DNA from: Vicugna vicugna
Taxonomy: Eukaryota
Direction of reading: 5' to 3'
Assembly: GCA_013265495.1 (NCBI GenBank)
Contig: MU057711.1
Location: forward strand, 496,001 to 560,000
DNA: 64,000 nucleotides
The notes beneath the pieces were generated by a model that saw only the letters and a list, made by a program, of their open reading frames with translations, ran no database searches and had not been told where the DNA came from. A program made the translations under genes and the position numbers. Of the stretch, positions 48,946 to 61,200 are shown in pieces (position 1 is the stretch's first letter; every line of letters begins with the position of its first letter).

Positions 48946-49462
48946 GAGAGATTAGAGAGATACAGAGATTATTGCAATACTTTAGACAAGAAACGATTGC
49001 TAAACTAGCATCCTGACGTGGGGAAGTATGTAGAAAGGGGTATATCTGAGAGACATTTAAGAGGTTGAATTAATAAGACTCAGTGATTGATCGAGTATAA
49101 GGTTGGGGAGGAATAAGAAGTGACTCATAAATTATTGACTTGAGAAATGATGTGGGTGGTGGTGCTATTTCTTAAGGCTATCAAATTGGAGTTGGAGCAG
49201 TTTGGGTAGAAAAATTATGCATTTGATTCTGGACATATTCTGTTTAAAGCATATTTAAAGTACCCACTTAGAGATGTGGCAAAGTCTGTTGAATATATGA
49301 GTCTGGAAATCAGAGGAAAGGCCTGGGCTGAATATTTGGGAATCCATTGTATGGAGATGGTAATTAAAGCCTTGGAAATGCATATAGTTGCTTAGGGCAC
49401 ATGCAGAGCCAGAAGGGAGCAGCTGGACACGCAGGGGGAACACAAAGAGAGAGAAGCCAAGA

Positions 49463-49583
49463 GTGGGTGGGGGAGGAGGGTACAGCTCATTGGTAGAGCA
49501 CTTGCTTAGCATGCACAAGGTCCTGGGTTCAATCCCCAGTACCTCCACTAAAAAAAGAAGGAGAAGGAGAAGAAAAGGGAAGG
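49463..49583 (+). mobile_element. tRNA-Ala-derived camelid SINE (Vic-1 type)
   Basis: GGGTACAGCTCATTGGTAGAGCACTTGCTTAGCATGCACAAGGTCCTGGGTTCAATCCCCAGTACCTCCA plus an A/G-rich tail. 17-bp TSD AGAGAGAGARGCCAAGA at 49446-49462 and 49584-49600. Confidence 0.9.
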
Positions 49584-50208
49584 AGAGAGAGAGGCCAAGA
49601 AAATGCAATGTGCCAAAGACAGAGAAAAGAATCGAGTAGGATGGGAACTGAAAGGTGTCCATGAGATTTACCAGTGCAGAGGTCAGAGGCAAAGTGGCAG
49701 GGGAGGAAACCAGATTGCAGTGGGTTAAGAAAAGAGTAGGAGGTGAGGAAATGGAGGAGATACATGTAAACATGTGGGGCAGCATTCACCAGCTCATATG
49801 CCAGAAAGGCTCAAAATAACAAGAGTGCTTGAAAGGGCTCCCTTCTGGCCTTATCTTGAGTTCTCCATAATCTCTAATCTTTCCATAATGTGGACCCTTT
49901 ATAGTCTCCATAGGAAGGAGAAATATAACCATGAAAAAAATTACATAAAAAGAAGAGAGAAGGAGGGAGGCAGTTGCTGTAAAGGGGGTAGGTTGAAGGA
50001 AGGCTTCGTTTTTAAGATGGGAGAGGCTTGAGCCTGCTTCAGTCCTGATGGGAAGGAGCCAAGAAAAAGAGAAAGGACTATTGATTGTGCAGGGTTCCTG
50101 GGAAGACAGACCAGCACAGGGTCCAGAACACAGGAGGAGGCATTGACCTTGGATAAGAGCAGCGATCACTCAGTTCCAGCAGGAGGAAAGGAGGAAAAAG
50201 AGAGTCAA

Positions 50209-50685
50209 TGGGTATCTTATGTCAAGTTCCCCACAAGCAGAGCTCAATACGGGGATTTTTGTGCAGGTGATTTACTGAGGGAGTGTTCTCAAGAAAAACA
50301 TGTAAGGAAGCATAGGAAGCAGGAGGTTGCAGCGCAAAAGCTAAGCAAAAGTTTGGTTTTAGAAATCCAGCCTCAGCCCAACCCCTCAGGGAACTCTAGT
50401 GCATGAGCTGCTCCTGCTCAGTTTGTCTGTCTTTGAGGCAAGGAGGCTGAACCTCGATATCCCTGCATCAGGCAGTCATTAGCCATCGGCTGCTCTCTTG
50501 GAAGTGGAGTGAGGTCCATAACCTCCCAGGCATCTCTGGGTGAGGCGGCTTCCATAATCCAAGGGCAATCATTTAGAGAAGGGTGTAGGAGTGAGCTATT
50601 AGCAGCCAACTCCCCTGGCAGCTAGGGAATGTGTGCACCTACCCATAAAGGATACCTGGATGGAGCCCCATTAACAGATGCTGCA
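50209..50685 (-). mobile_element. ERVL LTR (LTR16-like)
   Basis: TTCCCCACAAGCAGAGC..TGTGCAGGTGATTTACTGAGGGAGTG..CAGTCATTAGCC..GGTGAGGCGGCTTCC. Confidence 0.65.
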
Positions 50686-51789
50686 GTGCTGGTACAGGAA
50701 CATTTGTGGGTTTGGTTTTAAGGATAAACAGTAAGTGAAGAGGCAAGGGAATCTGGGATTTAAGAAGAGGAGAAAATGTTAAAAATAATAGGAATATGAA
50801 CTGACCAGGAAAACACAGCAGGCTTCCTGGACAGGTGAGGTTGGTGACCACGAGTTTCTAGTGGTACCAGTGAGCCAACTTGTGTAATTGTCGCTAGTGG
50901 TGTCAACAGTCCAGATGCAGCCATGGAGAAAGCAGTCATTTGGGGCTGGAGTCGGGGTAGGTGCTTTGAAAGGACAGAAGAGAGGGAAAGTTTAGGCAGT
51001 AGTTATGGCCTTAGGGTCTAGCTGACATCGAGAGAAGAGGAGGAGACTGATGGAGAAGGTGAAAAAAGGTAAGAGTCAATGGCTAGAGATCTCCATGAAG
51101 TTGGAGAATAGATCTGGTGGAGGGTTGTCGAGTGAACAAGCTTAAATAATAGAATTTCATGGGCATATAGAGAACACTTTGAACCTTTGATCTAATAGAC
51201 TGGACCATGGGAAAGGATGATGGACTTGAGCCAAATAGCAAAGCCATCAATGAATGAGGTTGGAAATGAGTGAGAGAAATTGAATGTGGCAAAGTGCTGT
51301 GGAGAGTGCTGCAGCTAGGAGCACATGCCTCAAAGGTGGAGAGATTGTACAATAAGACATCCTTTCAAGGCTCTGGTGGTCCCCTAAATCTTGTAGCGGG
51401 ATTTGGTCACCAAGGTAACCTCACACTAGGCTCCTTTAATAATCTGTGATCATTTGGGTTTCCATTTCTACTGTTTCCTAGAACTTCTCAAACTTCATTG
51501 TAGTTTTTCCCTTTGAGGTACATTGAACTCAGCTGTGTGTTGTGTTCAGAAGGGAAAGCCATGGGGCTGTGGTCCAAGGCAGGCATTTCAGCCTCAGTGG
51601 AGCCTTGTGTCCTCAGGGTCAGTACCAAAGTCACATTGCTTTAGGACACTGTCAGGGAGAGCAAGACCAGTTTTCTCTGGGGGAATAATTTGATGTGAAT
51701 AACCATGCCCGTGAGTGTTGTGGGAACAGGTAATGTTACCTGCTTCCTTTTTACCTTTGGAAGGAAGCAACGCGTTCAGTGGTTTCATG

Positions 51790-52425
51790 ACTGGATTTCA
51801 GGATCCAATTTGCCTGATTAGGTTCCCAGGTCTGATTTTCTAGCTCTACAAGTGTGTTTCCTCCTCTGTAAAATGAAGCCAATTATACCATTTTCTTAAC
51901 AAGCTTTTGATATGGAATTGACATGTGGCAGTTCTTAGCATAGTTTCTGGCACATAGAAACTCCCCCCTAAAAGTTAGCCATTAGTACTTTTACAACAGC
52001 CCACCTCCTTTCATGAGTAGTGAGGTGTCATGGAAATACTGGCCTTTGGAGTCAATATGGGCTCAAACTCTGACTTCTCCACTTGTTGGTTGTATGGTCT
52101 GAATTACTTACATCTTAAAAGCTTGGTTTCTTCATATATAAAGAGGGAGTAAATCCATGGAAGCAAAGAATAGAATGGTGATTGCCAGGAACTGTGGGGA
52201 TGGGGAGATGGGGGATTGCTAATTAACAGGCATAAAATTTCAGTTATGTATAATGTACGTAAACTGTAGAAATCTGCTGTATGACATTGTGCCTATAGAT
52301 AAAAAATACTGCATTGTGCCCTTAAAAATCTACCCTCAAACAAAAGTTTTAAGTTGTTGATGCAAAAGAAATGGGGCCATAAAAGTCTTACAAGGATCAA
52401 ATGAGATAATGTATACAGGAAACTG
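51790..52425 (+). mobile_element. Two MIRs, the second interrupted by an L1MA-type 3'UTR fragment (~52155-52330)
   Basis: TTTCCTCCTCTGTAAAATG; CTTTGGAGTCA..; GAATAGAATGGTGATTGCCAGG..TTTCAGTTATG. Confidence 0.65.
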
Positions 52426-54264
52426 AATGGTCAACTACTATTCACACTTTTTATTATTTCCGTTTGGAAATGTGACAATGTTAACACTGCTAAGAACTAG
52501 TTAACTGGTCTTTTGATACTAAATCTAAGGCCTTTTGACCAAAATATCTTAAGATTTTTTTCAATGCTGCGAGTGAACACAGAAGAATGAGCTTGTTACT
52601 CACATGTTCAGGGTTTAAGAGGATGTGGATGTTTATACAGTGTGCAGCCTCTTACTTGTGTTGACTATAAAATCCACAAGAGCCCTTAGATTCCACCCAT
52701 CTCACCTGTCATTTACACAGTGGGGAACTTTGGCCACAGAGGATGATGGGACAGCCTTAGTGTTGGGGTGGTACCTGCATTGTGATGGCCCATAATTTAA
52801 AGGTGTATCACAACCACATTAACACTGCCAATAAGTTACTGCTAATTCAACTTTGCAAGAAAAAGAGGCAACTTACATCCACTAAGGACAAAATGACATG
52901 GATTTCAAAAAGCCAGAGAAATCCTCCCACCAAAAGCACTGGACATTGAAAAATTTGGTTGGTAAATGAGTTTTAGTGTGTTTTTCTAATAGTTCTTTGA
53001 GATTGCTCCTCCACCTGATAGGCGTTCTACAGGTGTGATAGGATCTAAGCATAAAGATCTAGAGTGATTTCTGATCCGAGGGGAGAGTCTAATTGAATTT
53101 TATCCCAGAAGATAAGTATGGAATATACTTTCACCAGGACCATTTCTATTCTTACCTTGAATTCTTCGTTGACCTGACTTGCATCTCAAAGGCAGGAATC
53201 ACTGTAAGAGAAATGCCATATTTAAAAAAAAAATCATTTAGAGATTCCCTAGCAGGAAATCTCCTTTTTAAAGTCTATGATTGTTTTATTTTTCTTCACC
53301 CAGAATGGGCTGTGTCACTGAAATCAGTCCACACAAGCTGCATGTCCAAAATCGTCTATACACCTCATTGTACGCCACCACCGCGATGTTTTATTCATCC
53401 GCACCTGCTTCTCAGAGTTTCACTGAAATTTGTTTTGCTCAGAGTAGCTCTCCTTCAGGCCTTTATCAAATAATCTCCAATCCCCCATTAATAATTTGTT
53501 GGGAAAAGGCTGGAGATGGTATTCTCCACAGTGTGACAAATATGCCAGTGATTTCATTTGAATTACAGCAATGGAGTATCAATCTTTGCAATCAATGATT
53601 TTTCTTCCTTCCTTGGATGACAGTAATTTTTTATTATAAGTAGTATTCAGCAAACTTGATAACGTTCCCTGGTGACTTTCTATAACAGCAGCCATATGGA
53701 AGTGTAATTTCAAAGTCCCTCTGATCTCATTCAGTTTTATGCTGTTGGATTAAATGTCAAAATTGTCTTTGTACCATCTGCAAGATTTCTTCTATTCCAA
53801 ATACTCTTAGTTTTCTCTCAGTTATCTGGTGAATCATTCTGTACACTTATCACTAGTATTAAAATTTTAACTTAAAGAAAGCTGTTCAACAAAATTTATT
53901 TTGCTGCCTCTAGTTTTAATAATATGGTAGTAAAATTGATTCCCAAGTGTCAAGAATTGTAGAGGTAGTTCAACAGTGGAGAAAGTTTGATTTTAAAAAG
54001 CATAACACACATCCCTTAGGATCTTGACTAATAAAAAATCTCATAATGTTTTAAAAACACATCAGTTTATGTTTTTTCTTAACCTCCATCAACAAAACAG
54101 AGTTGAAAGTAATATGCCTCAACAGATTTAAGATAAAGAGCATTGTTGAAGATAGCAAATATTGGAAACAATTCAAATATCTACCCATAGAGAATTGGCT
54201 AAACAAATATAGTAGCCTATACTGTGAATATGCAGTCATTAGAGAGTGGGCCAAAAGCATTAAA

Positions 54265-55603
54265 AGGGACAGAAGAAGACAACCCATGGAATGGGAGAAA
54301 ATATTTGCAAATAATGCAATTGACAAGGGCTTAATTTCCAAAGTATAAAAGCAGCTCATACAACTCAATATCAAAAACCAAAAATAATCCAATAAAAAAT
54401 GAGCAGAAGGCCTAAATAGACATTTATCCAAAGAAGATATATAGATGGCCAACAGGCAAATGAAAAGATGCTCAACATTACTAATTATTAGAGAAATGCA
54501 AATCAAAACAACAATAAGGTATCAACACACACGTGTCAGAATAGCCATCATCCAAAGTCTACAAACAATAGATGCTGGAGAGGGTGTTGAGAAAAGGGAA
54601 CTCTCCATTGGTGAGACTGTAACTTGGCACAGCCACTGTGGAGAACAGTATGGAGGTTACTTAAAAAACTAAAAATAGAGTTAAAGAAGATGTGGTATAT
54701 TTATACAATGGAATACTACTCAGCCATAAAAACCGACAACATAATGCCATTTGCAGCAACATGGATGCTCCTAGAGAATGTCATTCTAAGTGAAGTAAGC
54801 CAGAAAGAGAAAGAAAAATACCATATGAGATCGCTCATATGTGGAATCTAAAAAACAAAAACAAACAAACAAACAAAAACAAAGCATAAATACAGGACAG
54901 AAATGGACTCATGGACAGAATAAAAAAAAAACTAAAAATAGAGTTATCATATGATCCAGCAATCCCACTCTTGGCCATATACCCAGAAAAGACATAAGCT
55001 CTAACTTGAAAAGATGCATGCAACTCAATGTTCATAGCAGCGTTATTTACAATAGCCATGACATGGTAGCAACCTAAGTGTCCATCAACAGAAGATTTAA
55101 TAAATAACATATATATATATATATATAAATAACTTGGCCATAAAAAAGGATGAAATAATGTCATTTGCAGCAGAATGGATGGACCTAGGGATTATCATAC
55201 TAAGTGAAGTAAGTCAGACAGGGAAAGACAACTATATGATCACTTGCACATGGAATCTAAAAAAATAATACAAATAAATTTATTTACAAAACAGAAACTG
55301 AATCACAGACATAGAAAATGAATTTATGATTACCAAAGGGGAAAGGAGGGGGAGGCATAAATTAGAGTGTGGAATTAACAGATAAACACTATTATATATA
55401 AAATAAACAACAAGCATTTACTGTACAGCACAGGGAACTGTATTCAACATTTTGTAATAACCTAAAATGGAAATGATCTGGTATATATACCAGATTGGTG
55501 TATATACCAGATTTGTTTGGTGTATATATATATATATCTGAATCACTTCATTGCACACTTGAATCTAACACGATATTGTAAATCAACTATACTCCAATTT
55601 AAA
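54265..55603 (+). mobile_element. L1 ORF2 3' region plus 3'UTR (host of a nested insertion)
   Basis: [13 protein letters not shown] and [23 protein letters not shown]; 3'UTR ends GTAAATCAACTATACTCCAATTTAAAA. Confidence 0.9.
54684..54925 (+). mobile_element. Young L1 fragment nested in the older L1, ending at an early poly(A)
   Basis: [31 protein letters not shown], nearly the same as the 4268-4440 copy. 21-bp TSD AAAAAACTAAAAATAGAGTTA at 54663-54683 and 54926-54946. Confidence 0.9.
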
Positions 55604-55604
55604 A

Positions 55605-56875
55605 AGATTCTCTCTTTGTTGTTGACTATTGACAGTTTGGTTAGAATGTAACACATTAACTGGGTCTTTTTTATTTCAACCTAGTTGGAGTTCTTTAAGT
55701 TTCTTGAAAATGTATGTCATTTCTTTCCACATACTTGAGGAGTTTTCAGCCATTGTTTCTTCAAACAAGCTTTCTGCCCTTTTCTCTCTTCTGCTTCTGA
55801 GATTCTATAATGTATACATTGATCTACTTTATGGTGTAACGAATATATATTTTCTACTTTCTAGTATCTCATAAATCCCTTAAGCTCTCTTCACTTTTCT
55901 TTGTTCTTTTTGATTTTCAGTGACCTGTCTTCAAGTTCGCAGATTCTTTCTTCTGTTGACCAAGTGTGTTATTGAACCTCTCTAGTAAAAATTTCAATTC
56001 AGTTATTGTAATTTTCAGCTCCATAATTTCTATTTGGTTCTTCTTAATAGTTTCTATCTCTTTGTTGATATTCTCATTTTATTTATACATTGGTTTTCTT
56101 ATTTCATTTAGGTATATATTTGTTTTATTTTTCAGTTCATTGAGCATCTTTACAACAGTCATTTTAAATTCTGTGACAGGCAGCTTATGGATCTTCATTT
56201 CTTTAGGGCCTATTTCTGGAGTTTTATTTGTTTCTTTTGTTTGAGATGTATCTCTCTGTTTCTTTGTATGCCTTGTGACCTTTCCTGAGATTTGGGCATT
56301 TGAATATGCAGCCACCTCTCCCAGTCTTTATGGACTGGCTTTCTTCAGGGAAAGAACTTCACAATCAGCCTGGCTACAGGCTATAGGACCTTTCAAGCCT
56401 TTTGTAATCTTTTGTTCCTCTTGATGTCTGCCTGAAGAACTGCAGCTATAATGTCCTATAATACTTGCTTATTTTTTCAGCAGCTTCCAAACTCTGGCAC
56501 CAGTCTCATCAGTATCCCAAGACAGGCCAAATAGAAACTAGTCTCTCAGGCAGCCCGCAGGCAAATCAGAATGTTGGATGCACAGTCCTGTCTTTTGTTT
56601 CAGACCCAAATTAAAACTCCTGGTACTGGGGGCAGGGGAGGGTGCCTTGCTAAGCTGTGTAGAGGAAAGGGGAAGAATGGTTATGCAAAATGCCACACAT
56701 TTTTGTACCTCTTTCTCTGGAATTCTGTCTTGGTTTTACATTGGCTTGGGTGCTGTAGGTTCTCAGTTGTCTTTAGAGTTCTCACAAAGGTATTATGGTC
56801 CATGTTTGTTGTTAATTCACTGTTTCTGTGGGGGATGGGGAGCCTGGAACATTCTAGACTGCCATAATGCTCTAA
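55605..56875 (-). mobile_element. Older L1 5'UTR plus ORF1 fragment
   Basis: ORF 56079..56315 (RHTKKQ..KETNKTPEIGPKEMKIHKLPVTEFKMTVVKMLNEL) resembles an L1 ORF1 N-terminus. Confidence 0.75.
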
Positions 56876-56943
56876 CTATGGTGTACTTTAAACAAAGGAC
56901 TAGAAATCTGGAATGAAAAATCAACTCTTCCCTGTTTATTATT

Positions 56944-57475
56944 CTGTGCTATTTGAAATAGCTCAAACTATACTACTTTTTGAAGATTGAGAATATTATT
57001 GAAACAAGCAATATATAGAGTATCTATTTGTGAAATCAAAGAAGAGAGATTAAAGAGATGGTACTATGTTTTAGAAAAGATCTAGTCAGGAAAAATTTAT
57101 CCATACCAGGTGTCCAAATGAAGAGACTTTAATATGGAGGACTCATTAAAAAAGGTACAAAGGTATTGTAGAACAGATAAACAAGATTACACTGTATAGC
57201 ACAGGGAAACTGTGCTATTTGAAATAGCTCAAACTATACTACTTTTTGAAGATTGAGAATATTATTGAAACAAGCAATATATAGAGTATCTATTTGTGAA
57301 ATCAAAGAAGAGAGATTAAAGAGATGGTACTATGTTTTAGAAAAGATCTAGTCAGGAAAAATTTATCCATACCAGGTGTCCAAATGAAGAGACTTTAATA
57401 TGGAGGACTCATTAAAAAAGGTACAAAGGTATTGTAGAACAGATAAACAAGATTACACTGTATAGCACAGGGAAA
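56944..57475 (+). repeat. Perfect tandem duplication, 2 x 266 bp
   Basis: 56944-57209 is identical base-for-base to 57210-57475. Confidence 0.97.
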
Positions 57476-57619
57476 TATACACAAAATGTTATGATAAATC
57501 ACAGAAAAAAATGTGACAATGAGTGTGTATATGTCCATGTATGACTGAAAAATTGTACTGAACACTGGAATTTGACACAACACTGTAAAATGATTATGAA
57601 TCAATAAAAATGTAAAAAA
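57431..57619 (+). mobile_element. L1 3'-terminal fragment inserted into an old LTR relic (~57340-57865)
   Basis: L1 3'UTR end plus poly(A). 17-bp TSD AAAAAAGGTACAAAGGT at 57414-57430 and 57620-57636. Confidence 0.9.
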
Positions 57620-58222
57620 AAAAAAGGTACAAAGGTGTTTAATCAAACAGGGTTGGTGAGGCAGCCCAGAGATTAGAAATAGCAGAAGCCAGGGCTGACC
57701 ATGGAGGAGGCTAGTCACTACCAGAGATGCCACTCCTCAACAATGTCTCACCTCCTATTGGATAGGTCTACCTAGAAGCCATTGACAAGGGAGCTTTAGA
57801 AACAGAGTTTGCAGGGCTCAGCTCCCTGCATGCAGAGCAGAACAGGGAAAAGTTAGCAATGAATTAAATAACAAAAGGCACACATTTGACTGGTACATTC
57901 TATAACACTTGGTACACTTCTCTACAAAAGTGGAAATCAAACTAAACTTTAAAGGATGAGGGAGGTTTGGGATAAGTTGAAAGGAGGAGATGAGGACATC
58001 AGGAGTGAAAATTAGCTTTGTAGGATTAGGAAGGCAACCCAAGATGGAATTGTTGGAGATGTGATTGGTTTACACTCCATTTGTGTAGCTTTAAAGCAAT
58101 AGTAATTTATGGAGAATCATAATACAGTAGTGTTTTAGGCAAATTAGCTTGGCATCCGTGCAGAGGGCAGATTGAAAGGGGCTTAAACTGGAGATGAGCA
58201 TATCTTTAAAAGCCCTCTTGAG

Positions 58223-61200
58223 GCCACAGTTAGAAACACAAACATTATAAAAGGAAAAATCTGATTGGTAAAGGCAAATATACAGTAAAGGTAGTAAATC
58301 AACCACATGTGAAGCTAGTGGAAAGGTTAAAAGACAAAGTAATAAAATCACCAATATCGATAATAAGTATTGAAATAAGACATGCAATATGATGTCAAAA
58401 ACATGGAGGGGGGATGGAGTAAATATGCAGGCTTGCTAAAATGCATTTGAGATTGAGATTAGCAACTTAAAATAATTATATATATTACTTACATCAATGG
58501 ATAGATCGCCCAGACAGAAAGTCAGTAAGGAAATACTGGCCTTAAATGACACATCAGATCAGATTGATTTAATGAATATACATAGAACATTTCATCCTAA
58601 AGCAGCAGAATACACATTCTTTTTAAGTACACAAAGAACATTTTCCAGGATAGATCACATGCTAGGCCACAAAACAAGTCTTAGTAAATTTAAGAAAATA
58701 GAAATTATATCAAGTATCTTTTCCAAACACAACAAAACGAGACAATGAATCAACTACAAGAAAAAAGAAACCCCACAAAAACACAAACACATGAGGCAAA
58801 ACAATATGCTACAACCAGGGGGTCACTGAAAAAATCAACTAAGAAATTAAAAAAAAAACTTGGAGACAAATAAAAACAAAAACACAACAATTCAAAATCT
58901 ATGGGATGCAGCAACTGCAGTTCTAAGGGAGAGGTTTATAGCAATATAAGCATACTTCAGAAAACAATAAAAATCAGAAACAAACAACCTACCTTACACC
59001 TAAAGCAACTAGAAAAGAAAAAACAAACAAAATCCAAAATTAGTAGAAGGAAAAAATTATAAAGTTCAGAAATAATGAAGTAGAGACCAAAACAAACATA
59101 GAAAGATTGATGGAATTAAGAACTAGTTCTTTGAATATATTTTAAATAATGGATAAACCTTTATCCAATCTGAAGAAAAAAACAGAGTGCCCAAATCAAT
59201 AAAATCAGAAATGAAAAAAGAAAACTTACAACCAACACCACAGAAATAGAAAGGATCATAAGAAATTACTATGAACAATTATATGCCAATAAAATGGAGA
59301 ACCTAGAAGAAATGGACAAATTCCTAGAAACATAGATTCTTTCTCCCAAGACTAAATCAGGAACAAATAAAAAATATGAATATACCAAATGAAATTAAAT
59401 TAGTAACAACAACAAAAAAACCTCCCAAGAAACAAAAGTTGAGGTCCTGATGGCTTCACAGGTGAATTCTACCAAACATTTAGAGAAGAGTTGACACTTA
59501 CCCTTCTCAAACTTTTCCAAAAAATTGCGGAGACAGAATGCTACAAGGCCAGCATCACCTACCAAAACCAGAAAAAGATATCGCAAAAAAAGAAATTATG
59601 AGCCAATGTCACTGATGAACATAGATGCAGAACTTCTTAACAAAATATTAGCAAGCTGAATTCAGCAATATAATAAAAGTATCATACACCCTGATCAAGT
59701 GGGATTTATCCCAGAAATGCAAGGCTGGTTCAATATCCACAAAGCAATCAGTATGATACTCCATATTAACAAACTGAAGAATAAAAATCATGTGATCATC
59801 TTAATAGATGCAGAAAAAGCTTTTCACAAAGTTCTCAACATCTATTTATAGGCACAAACTGGGTATAGAGAGGACATATCTCAACATAATAAAGGGCATT
59901 TATAATAATTTTATACTCAAAGGTGAGAAGCTGAAAGCATTTCCTGTAACATCAGGAATAAGACAAGGATGCCCACTCTTGCCACTTTTATTCAACATAG
60001 TATTGGAAGTTCTAGCCACAGCAATCGGACAAGAGAATGAAATAATATAAGGAATCCAAATAGGAAAGGAAGAAGTAAAATTGTCACTGTTTTCAGATGA
60101 CAACATACTATGCATATAAAATCTTAAAAGACACCACCAAAAAACTGCTAGAGCTCATAAATGAATTCGGTAAAGTTGCAGGATATTAAATCAATACACA
60201 GAATTCTGTTGCATTTCTAAACACTAATAACAAACTGTCAGAAAGAGTAATTAAGGAAACTATCTCCTTTACAATCTCATCAAAAAAAAAAATACCCAGA
60301 AATAAATCTGAGTAAGGAGGTAAAAGACGTATACTTGGAAAACTATAAGATGCAGATTAAAAAATGAAAAAAAATGCAAACAAATGGAAAGATGTTCTAT
60401 GTTCATGGATTGGAAGAATTAATATTGGTAAAGTGTCCATACTATCCAAATCAATCAACAGGTTAAATGCAATTCCTATCAAAATACCTGTGACATTGTT
60501 CACAGAACTATAAAAAACAATATAAAACTTATGTGGAACTACAAAAGGCTCCACATAGCCAAAATAATCTTGAAAAAAAGAACAAAGCTGGAAGTATCAT
60601 GCTCCCTGACTTCAGACTATAGTACAAAGGCACAGTAATCAAAACAGGATGGTTCTGGCACAAAAACAGACACATAGATCAGTGGAAAAGGATGAACATC
60701 TCAGAAATAAGCCCATGTATCTACAGTCAATCTACAGCAAAGGAGGCAAGAATATACAATGGCAGTAAAGTCAGTCTCTTCAAAAAACAATGCTAAGAAA
60801 ACTGGACAGTAACATGTAAAACAATGAGATTACAACATTTCTTCACACCATATACAAAAATAAACTCAAAAATGGTTAAAGACCTAAATATAAGACCTGA
60901 AAAAATAAAACTCCTAGAAAAGAATATAAGCAGAACATTCTTTGGCATAAATCATAGCATGGATCTCTCTCCTAAGGCAAAATAACTAAAGCAAAAATAA
61001 ACAAATGGGACCCAATTAAACTTAAAAGCTTTTGCACAGCAAAGGAAACCACTGACAAAATTAAAAGATAGCATACAGAATGAGAGAAAATATTTGCAAA
61101 TGATATGACCAATAAGTGGTTAATATCCAAAATATGTAAACAGCTCATACAACTCAATAACAAAAAAAACAACCTGACAAAAATGAGTAGAGGACCTGAA

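Larger units (their letters stand above)
48950..51350 (-). mobile_element. Long L2 fragment, interrupted by a SINE and an LTR
   Basis: GAGTCTGGAAATCAGAGGAAAGGCCTGGGCTG..; GAAACCAGATTGCAGTGGGTTAAG..; purine-rich L2 antisense throughout. Confidence 0.7.

Noticed and set aside
49470..49550. tRNA-Ala(AGC)-like sequence as a tRNA gene (also 17355-17430, minus)
   Set aside because: A-rich tails, TSDs and stem mismatches show these are SINE copies.
49255..49785. 176-aa hydrophobic ORF
   Set aside because: Read-through of L2 sequence and an antisense SINE.
53093..53598. Overlapping 126-aa and 105-aa ORFs with an acceptor-like site near 53303
   Set aside because: Non-ATG starts, no homology recognised and no matching donor identified.
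56944..57475. CRISPR-like or satellite array
   Set aside because: Only two long adjacent units with no spacers, in a eukaryotic context.
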